A stretch of DNA of 60,000 nucleotides, from contig CM052816.1 of NCBI GenBank assembly GCA_028534125.1, positions 68,264,001 to 68,324,000 of the forward strand, in the 5' to 3' direction. The notes beneath the pieces were generated by a model. That model made no database searches. It saw nothing but the letters and a program-made list of their open reading frames with translations, and was not told where the DNA came from. Below, in pieces: positions 52,811 to 60,000 of the stretch; the stretch's first letter is position 1, and every line of letters begins with the position of its first letter. The stretch is from Lama glama (taxonomy: Eukaryota). Position numbers and translations under genes: made by a program.

Positions 52811-55691
52811 ATATGCTATATTTTTAACAAAGCATAAAATAATATCTGACTATGAGGTTCGGCCAAAATGCATAGAAAATGAGTAACTCCTCAACTCAAA
52901 CAGTGACAACGCTCTGGTCTAAGTTTTCTCTCCCCCTCACCCTCCAATGTTTATAGTAATAACCTTTAGCCAGGCTGCTGCGAAAGCACAGGGGGATTTA
53001 ACATGCTTAACCACAGAGATTGTTTTTCAGACTGAATTGATAAAAGCACTGCAGCTTCAGAGTCTTACCTTAACATCTCTACAAAGCGCAGAGTTGCTCC
53101 TGAACACGACTTCTCTGTTGGAATCAAAGCGATGAGTGTGAAGGTCCCATGTGTGGAAATGTCACAAAGGACATAGTCACACAGGGCACAAAGACTTCCG
53201 GGAACGGAAATACTTTTGAAGGTTAGTTAACATATTTTCCAGATCAACTGCTGGTTAAACTCTTTAGAAAACTATCAGTGAATAATTTTTATTTTCCTTA
53301 GAACAAAATCTACATGTTGGTAAGCGCCAGGAGATGCTGGTTCCTTTGACAGTTGTAGTTTTCACTACTAAATGTAAGAGCGGCTAACATTACCACCAAT
53401 TAAAAGGCTGATGTGCAAATTGCTGGGAGTGTTTTATAGACAATTTGCTTTTTACTTCATCAGAATACTCCAGTGAGAATGTTTTTGACTACAAGGTAAT
53501 AGAAGGCTCGCTCTAGAGCTAGCCTTTGCTAAGGTAGCATATTAATGAGTCATCAGAGGCTATAAATAGAACTCAGCATGAACTTCTGTCCACAATTACA
53601 CCACTATTCCCACAAAGAGAGCTGTTACTAATGACAGAACATGGCCTGCTAGCCACTGTTACAACCAAGCGGGGGTGCGGACCCGGTTTACCACAGCCTT
53701 GTGGGAAATGTGCCTAGGTACGATTTGCCAAGACGTCATTATGTGCTTTTTTGGTCTCCCTTATAGCCTGTGGAGCAGTTGTATCTTTTTCCTCAGGGAT
53801 CTTCGTTGTGGGTGCCAGCCAAAATTTTCAAATTCTCTCTCAGATGATAAATCCCTGACAATAACTGCCTTAAGTCTCACCTTTGTCCCTTCCCCTCCTC
53901 TCCCCAGCATATACTAGAGTCTGTCATGCAGCACAGTAGCAGGTATGTAGGAGGGACCAATGATTATTTACCGGATAGATGGATGGCTAGATGAGTGAAT
54001 GGAGGGACAAGCATGTTAACTCTGTGCTTCCATATAATACTCTGGAATTTTGACCTTTCATATAAACATGTAAATACATTCAAGTCGATCTCCTAAGTAA
54101 TATGCATCTAAATGTTCCCCGACCCTCCCCCCGAAAAAGACCCCACCAACAGCCGTACTTTGTGTCTTCACACTCTTGCCCTGCTCATTTCTTCAGGAGA
54201 TAGGAGAGAATAAAGTATAACCTAGAAGCAGAGAGAGGGCAAATCTGTTAAGACCCTGCCATTCACCACACCTTAAATCCAATTTCACACTAGCCCTAAA
54301 GGGAGGACAGGATGCAGGAAGAGTAAGGTCGAGGAAAAGAGATGTGATCAGAAATGGTCAAACACCCAAAGTCTTGCTGAGGTGGAAAGCCACAGAGCTC
54401 TCCACCCCAAGAGCCTGTCTGTAAAGGCACGAAGTTCTGGGGGAAGAAGTCCAGGAAGGGACATAAAGAGGCAGCCAAACAAATTATCTTCCCTGCAAGG
54501 TTGTCCCTCATCCCCATTGCCAAGTCTGTAGTAAATCCTCCCAGCCCTGAGTCAGCTGGAGAAAGCAGGGGAAGGCGGGAGAGGCAAGGTGTATGTGGTG
54601 GGGCTCTAAGTTCCTCTTTTTTGTTCATGGTCACATGAAGCCTATGTGAAACCTATGTTGGGAAGTTCAATCACTGAATCTTCTTCGCCAGTTCAGGTCT
54701 GCAGTGTCACCTCCATGTGATCCCACCCCTGGTTCCCTCACCTCGCTTTTCTTCACCCACATCTTACACAACCCCTTCCTCGGGCCATCCCTCCACCTCT
54801 GCTGTATTTTCGGTGCAATCCTGCCTGCCTTTATGCCCTTTCAGATTCAACCCATGAAACCTAAGGGGGAAAAGGCAAAAATGGTCAGGCGAGAAAAGAC
54901 AAACATCAAAAATTCCATGATATTGAGACTAATCTATCCAAAGAGGCTTCTATTTCTGGGAGCAAGGAAAAGGGAGAAAAGACTCCCCTGGGACACTAGG
55001 GGGTGGTCCTCCAGAGCTAGTAAGAAGAACATCACACTCTGTCGCTTTTGGATTCAAGGACACAGCCCTCCCTGTGAAGCACAGAGCTTTGGGATGATGC
55101 CTGTCTTTCAGAGGGACTCCCTACACTCAGTGGCGGTGACAGCTGAGGAAAACCCAGAGGGACAGAGCTCAACTCTGAGCTCCTACTCCCAGTCATTCTT
55201 CCTTTGGCTTATTCCCTCATCCTCAACGCAGCTAGGAACACATGAATCCCAAAAGAAGAAAGTGTTCATGTTGGAGGATCTTCTGTTTTTAAAGGTGGCT
55301 AGAAGTGCAAGTGATATGAAAAAGACAAAAACAGGAAGTAGAAGATATAGGAGTGTCTAGAGCAGCGGAGACCGAAGGAAGATTTGAATGGGGAATGGTT
55401 GACCATTGAGACGCAGGGGTACTCTGTCCCTTTTTAATCTGTGCCTCTGCTTTAGTCTTTAAAGCTAAGTCCAGATCTAAGGTTTCCCATATTATTGTCC
55501 TATGCTGTCTTTACCTCACAACCCTATCTGATACAGGGATGTCTGGCTAATTTTTCTCATTTCTGCAGTCCTAGCCATACTGTGGCATTGTCAGGGTTAT
55601 GAATTTAAGGTCTTTGTGGAGTATCTTGTACCAATGCAGTGAGTTTTGATCTATTCAAACGTTGGCATAAGCAGTTGTATCTCTACTAGTG

Positions 55692-56187
55692 TGTTGCAGC
55701 AAAGTGTGTTACAGCTCAGTGTTACAGCTCAGTTGTGACAGCAACCTGGATCCAGGTGAGAGACCAAGCAGCATTCGGAGGGTTGGAGAACTCAGGTTTA
55801 TTACACTAGCAGGCCCAGAGGAATTAACACTCCAAGCTCTGGACCCCGTCTGTAGGTTTACACAGGCTTTTATAGGCTGCCAGTCTACTCTTTGCAACAT
55901 CATATGCAAATAAGGTGTAACAAAGTTGATTAAGGAACGGGCTTTGTAGAAATGGACCAACCAGGAGTGAGCTCTATGCAAATGAAGTGCTACAAATGGA
56001 CCAATCAGGAGTTAGCTCAGGGAACCAATAGAATCTTAGGGGTAAGATCCTCTTTCCTAGAAGCAAGCTGTTTCAGAGGCAAAAAGCGAGATAATGCTGC
56101 TGGGCCAGGGAACTGGAAGGTGCTGGCAGGAGAGTAGTGGCCCTGCCTGGGAGTCCTGCCATCTGTTTCATGGGGCTTCCCACCTCA
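55692..56187 (-). mobile_element. Solo ERV LTR, copy 2 of the pair (496 bp)
   Basis: TG...CA termini. Minus-strand TATAAAA (55874-55868) and AATAAA (55802-55797). Octamers at 55904-55911 and 55976-55983; CCAAT boxes. Similar to 35951-36484. Confidence 0.9.
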
Positions 56188-56624
56188 CTGAAAAGTAAAA
56201 ACTCCTGAGGGATGAAAATTGATAGCTAGTCAATCCCAAGCATCCAAAATTATTCTGTAGACTGTTTCCATAGACTCTAGGGCTGGAATTTCCTTGGTGA
56301 GCCTCTGGTAAGAAGGATCTTGGCCACACTGCTCCACTCCAGAACAAACTGGACCCAGGCTACATGCTAATCCCTTGGAGCTCTGGTTAGATCACAGCAG
56401 AATTCTGGTGACCTTAGAATTCTGGGTCCACTCAAACCAGGAGCAACCTCCAAGAGGGCACAAAAGCTACAGGCCTACTTTCTAACTATCAAATGTTTTT
56501 AAGTCTCCCCAAACTTTCTAAAGAAAAGTCAGTTTGTTACAGATTCACAAGTTGAAGACCCAGTTCATTCTTCTGAGACCAACCTCTAACAAGCACAGAA
56601 ACTCATCCAGATACAACCTCCCAA

Positions 56625-57512
56625 GATCAGAGCTTCCAAAAATCAGAATCACTTGGGGAGCATTTTTTTTAAGTTTCTTTTTAGTTGAGATAAAATTCAT
56701 ATAACATGAAATTAACCATTAACTATTTTGAAGTGTACAATTCAATGGCATTTAGTACAGTCACAATGTTGTATGACCATCACTTGTATCCATTTGTAAG
56801 ACATTTTCATCACTCCAAAAGAACACTCCACATCCATTAAGAAGTCATACCTGAGGAAAAATTTTAAAGTACATATTCCAAGACTCCATACCCGAGAGAC
56901 TGAAATTCAGCAGACATGGAAACATTTTTCAAAACTTTTCAGATATCTTACTCCTAGGTATTTACCTAAGAGAAATGAAAATGTACATCTACCCAAAGAG
57001 CTATCTATGAATGTTTATAGCAGCTTTATTTATAGTCACCCAAACTTGGGAATAACCTAAATGTCTCTCATTGGAGAAATATAAACAAACTGTGATACAT
57101 CCATACAATAGATTAGTACTCAGCAATCAAGAGAAACAAACTTTTGATACAAGCAGCCACAAGGCTGAATCTCCAGTACAGTATACAAAGTGAAGGAATC
57201 CATTTTCCATACTATATTCCATTCATAAGACATTCTAGAAAATGCAAAACTATAGTGACAGAGAACAGGTGAATGGTTTCCAGAGTTTAAGGGTGGGGAT
57301 AGGTTTTGAGTACAAAGAGCAAAAGGGAGTTTTGGGAGGGGTGATAAAATTGTCCTGCATCACAGTTGTGGTAGTGGTAACAAACATTTGTCATAGCTCA
57401 TAGAACTTGACACCAGAAAGTGAATTTTACTGTGTTGGAATTCTAAAGTAAATTGGAAAACATTTTAAGCTTCTCTGAATGTTTCTGATGTATGGCCTGT
57501 TTGGGGAACCAG
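56625..57512. mobile_element. MER5-like DNA transposon split by two L1 fragments (L1MB-like -, ~56670-56845; L1MC/ME-like +, ~56940-57460)
   Basis: atcagaatcacttggggagc...tgtttggggaacca MER5-like pieces surround L1 text (ttgagataaaattcatataacatgaaattaacc; tactcctaggtatttacctaagagaaatgaaa). Confidence 0.65.
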
Positions 57513-59417
57513 TACACAGGGAACACTGAACAACCTGGTTATTCTATAACCCAGTCAGGTCACACTTTGGACACTTGGGACCTGACAACTTACCCTTACT
57601 GTCTCCCTGCATATCATCATGGCATTTGGATATTTCCACAGACAAGAAGTATAAAAGTAAGCCATCAGGTGTGGCAGATCACAGACATGACCTATGCAGT
57701 GTTTTTGTGCTAGTGTTTGTCAAACAGAAATCACCGCACCAAATATTCTAAAGTCATTTTAAAAACATGAGTTATGCATTATCTCTTAGATTAATCGTAA
57801 TCATATTCATAGAGAAATCATTTCCACTGATGGAGATCAGAAAGCAACCTATGAACTTACCAAAACATGTATTTAACATATTTAACAAAATATCATGTTT
57901 AACAACTTATTTTTAAGATTCCCCCCCAAATCAAAACCGAAACCGAAACCCAGAAGTTTTTATGTGATAAATGTAATGATCCTAACCAATGTGAGTGCAG
58001 GTCATTTTGATTATTTTTATATAATTTGTCACCTATTTTACAAAAAGGAAAACAAGAGGCTTATTTGGCCGAGCTGCAAAGTGAGTCAGTGGCGTATTTG
58101 ACAACAGACTCTTCAGAGATCCCTTTATTTGTGAAAATTTAGAACTATGGAAAACAAATGAAAATTGTGCACAGATGTTTACGTGGAGTAACCAGCCGTA
58201 TTAACTGTGGGTCTAACCTTGTGCCTAATCTCATTAAAAAAAAAAAAGCCATATCCTGTTGTGGTTGATCATCTACTCAAACAAGGTGGCTAGAATTCAA
58301 ATAGAAACTTCCAGGTATACAAAGAAAAGAGACAAGAAGTCGGCAAAGTTTAGATTGGAAGATAATGCGAGTTTCGCCTGCAGGACAAAGGAAAACAAAG
58401 CAGAATGTGCCCCGTGGAGTGAGAGAGATCTAACTGTTGTTTCCATCCAGCTAGAGTAGATTTTCTAATTTGCAATTTTTGCTTGCCCTCGCCTCAAACT
58501 ATTTCTGTTAATACTATTGCTTTGCTTCCTCATCACTTTGCAAACGATTGCATTCTGCTGCTTTTTTTAGAGTTGCTTGTGCCTGAGAGGAAATGGAGCT
58601 ACAAGTGTTTCCTTTCCATTCAAAACTGGCACTTTTTTTGTAGTGGGGGAAGAAGCTGAGGACTCACATCTTACTCCCAGCAGTTTGAGATAGCACTTAG
58701 TTTTCCATAAGTCTCTCTAAAAGTCCTTATGTTGTAAATTTATACATTTTATCACACCCTCCAGGAAGCAAGCTGGGCAACTTCTCCTGATGCCAGATGG
58801 CTCAGCAGACTTCTCTGATGTTGCCACTGGATTGCACATCCCTGCTTCTCTTATCCCACACCCCAAAGTACATCTACCTAGAAAGTGTAAAATACTCATT
58901 ATTTCACTGGTCCCTAGGCGGAAGTTCCTTCACCTTCACCGTGGGGGAGTCACTCCCACCCATAGTGAATCTTCCTCCACCTTTCCAACCTAAGCACCTC
59001 TTAGGTGTACCGTCCTGGAGCCCCAGAGTTAAGCCACGCATTCTCTTAAATAATCTATACATATGGTTTAAAATGAAAATAATGTTGAGGAGTTGCACAA
59101 ATTTGGTAGTAAGAGATGACTTTATAGGAAAATCACCATGTTTATTTATTACATAAGTCAGAATTGTTTTGGTTGTAAGTGACAGACCATATTTGAATTA
59201 GCTTAGGGAGAGAAGGGCATCTATTGACTCATGTAACAAGAAAGGATCAGGGAAAGAATAATTCAAGGGCTTGAGACACCAGTACATTTTCCCTCTCTGC
59301 CTCTTCTGCTTTTCTCTGCAAGTGGAGGGTATAGCAGGATTTGGAGACACATATTTCAATTTTACCATAAAAGAAGAGAGAAAGAACACATGTGTGTGTA
59401 CATGCTCATTTGTGTGC

Positions 59418-59452
59418 ATACACACACACACACACATACACACACACACACA
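59418..59452. repeat. Interrupted (CA)n microsatellite
   Basis: CA run with one TA interruption. Confidence 0.9.
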
Positions 59453-60000
59453 ACAAACATACTGAGAAGATTCAGACTATATATTAGAGCAGCAAGGTGC
59501 AAGGGAACAATTCTCCAAAAAGAGGGGGAAGCACAGACAAGGCCCCTGGGGAATTGGTTCTGAACTAGAAACAGATTATTTTTATCTTGAGGGTTCATTT
59601 CCAGGCATAAAGCCTCCTATTCCCAAGAATACACTTACATCAGTTTGAGAAGCACAGACAGATATCATACAGCATTTTAGAGGGGCCTCAAACTTATGTC
59701 CTATGAAGAATTTTCTAGAGAAGCACTGTCTGTTCTCTGATAAGACACTGAGATGGATTCTGAGAGCCTCAGGAACCTGGGGGAGGCAAGACACAGAGAG
59801 AGTTAAAGTCCTTTTTAGAAAGGAGTTAACAGCAACGTTAGGTTATGGAAAGAGAAAAGAGGATGGAAGGGCTAGAGTGAGAGAGAAGAACGAGTGAGCA
59901 TAAGCCTGGGCATTACATTAAAAATCCCTAGTCATGAGAAAGCCAAGGAACCCCTAAAAATTAGGAGCTGTCCATGAAATTTGAAGTTGTTTGTGTTGCT

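Noticed and set aside
54704..55360. 218-aa ORF
   Set aside because: GTG start, no recognisable homology and no supporting exon structure.
36485..55691. Possible provirus between the two matching LTRs
   Set aside because: Too long, no primer-binding site or gag/pol/env remnants noticed, and it contains far older MIR, L2 and hAT fossils.

Overview
Mammalian genomic DNA, very likely from a camelid (alpaca, llama or camel), judged from Vic-1-type tRNA-derived SINEs. The first ~21 kb holds the last five coding exons, stop codon and 3' UTR of ANKRD55 (+ strand), all with canonical GT-AG junctions in consistent phase. The remaining ~39 kb is intergenic. By human synteny, recalled rather than seen here, it runs toward IL6ST/gp130. 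It contains a full-length, disabled processed pseudogene of ferritin light chain (FTL, - strand) that still carries its iron-responsive element, and a tailless 5'-half tRNA-Gly(GCC) retropseudogene with a 17-bp target-site duplication. It also has several solo ERV LTRs (two of the same family ~19.7 kb apart), nested L1/L2/MaLR/hAT fossils, and two repeat-poor stretches with clustered STAT/ETS/NF-kB/AP-1 motifs that are candidate enhancers. I found no evidence for a novel protein-coding system; apart from the ANKRD55 exon frames and FTL-remnant frames, the ORFs in the track look spurious. Repeat family names are from memory and their boundaries are approximate unless a TSD is quoted.
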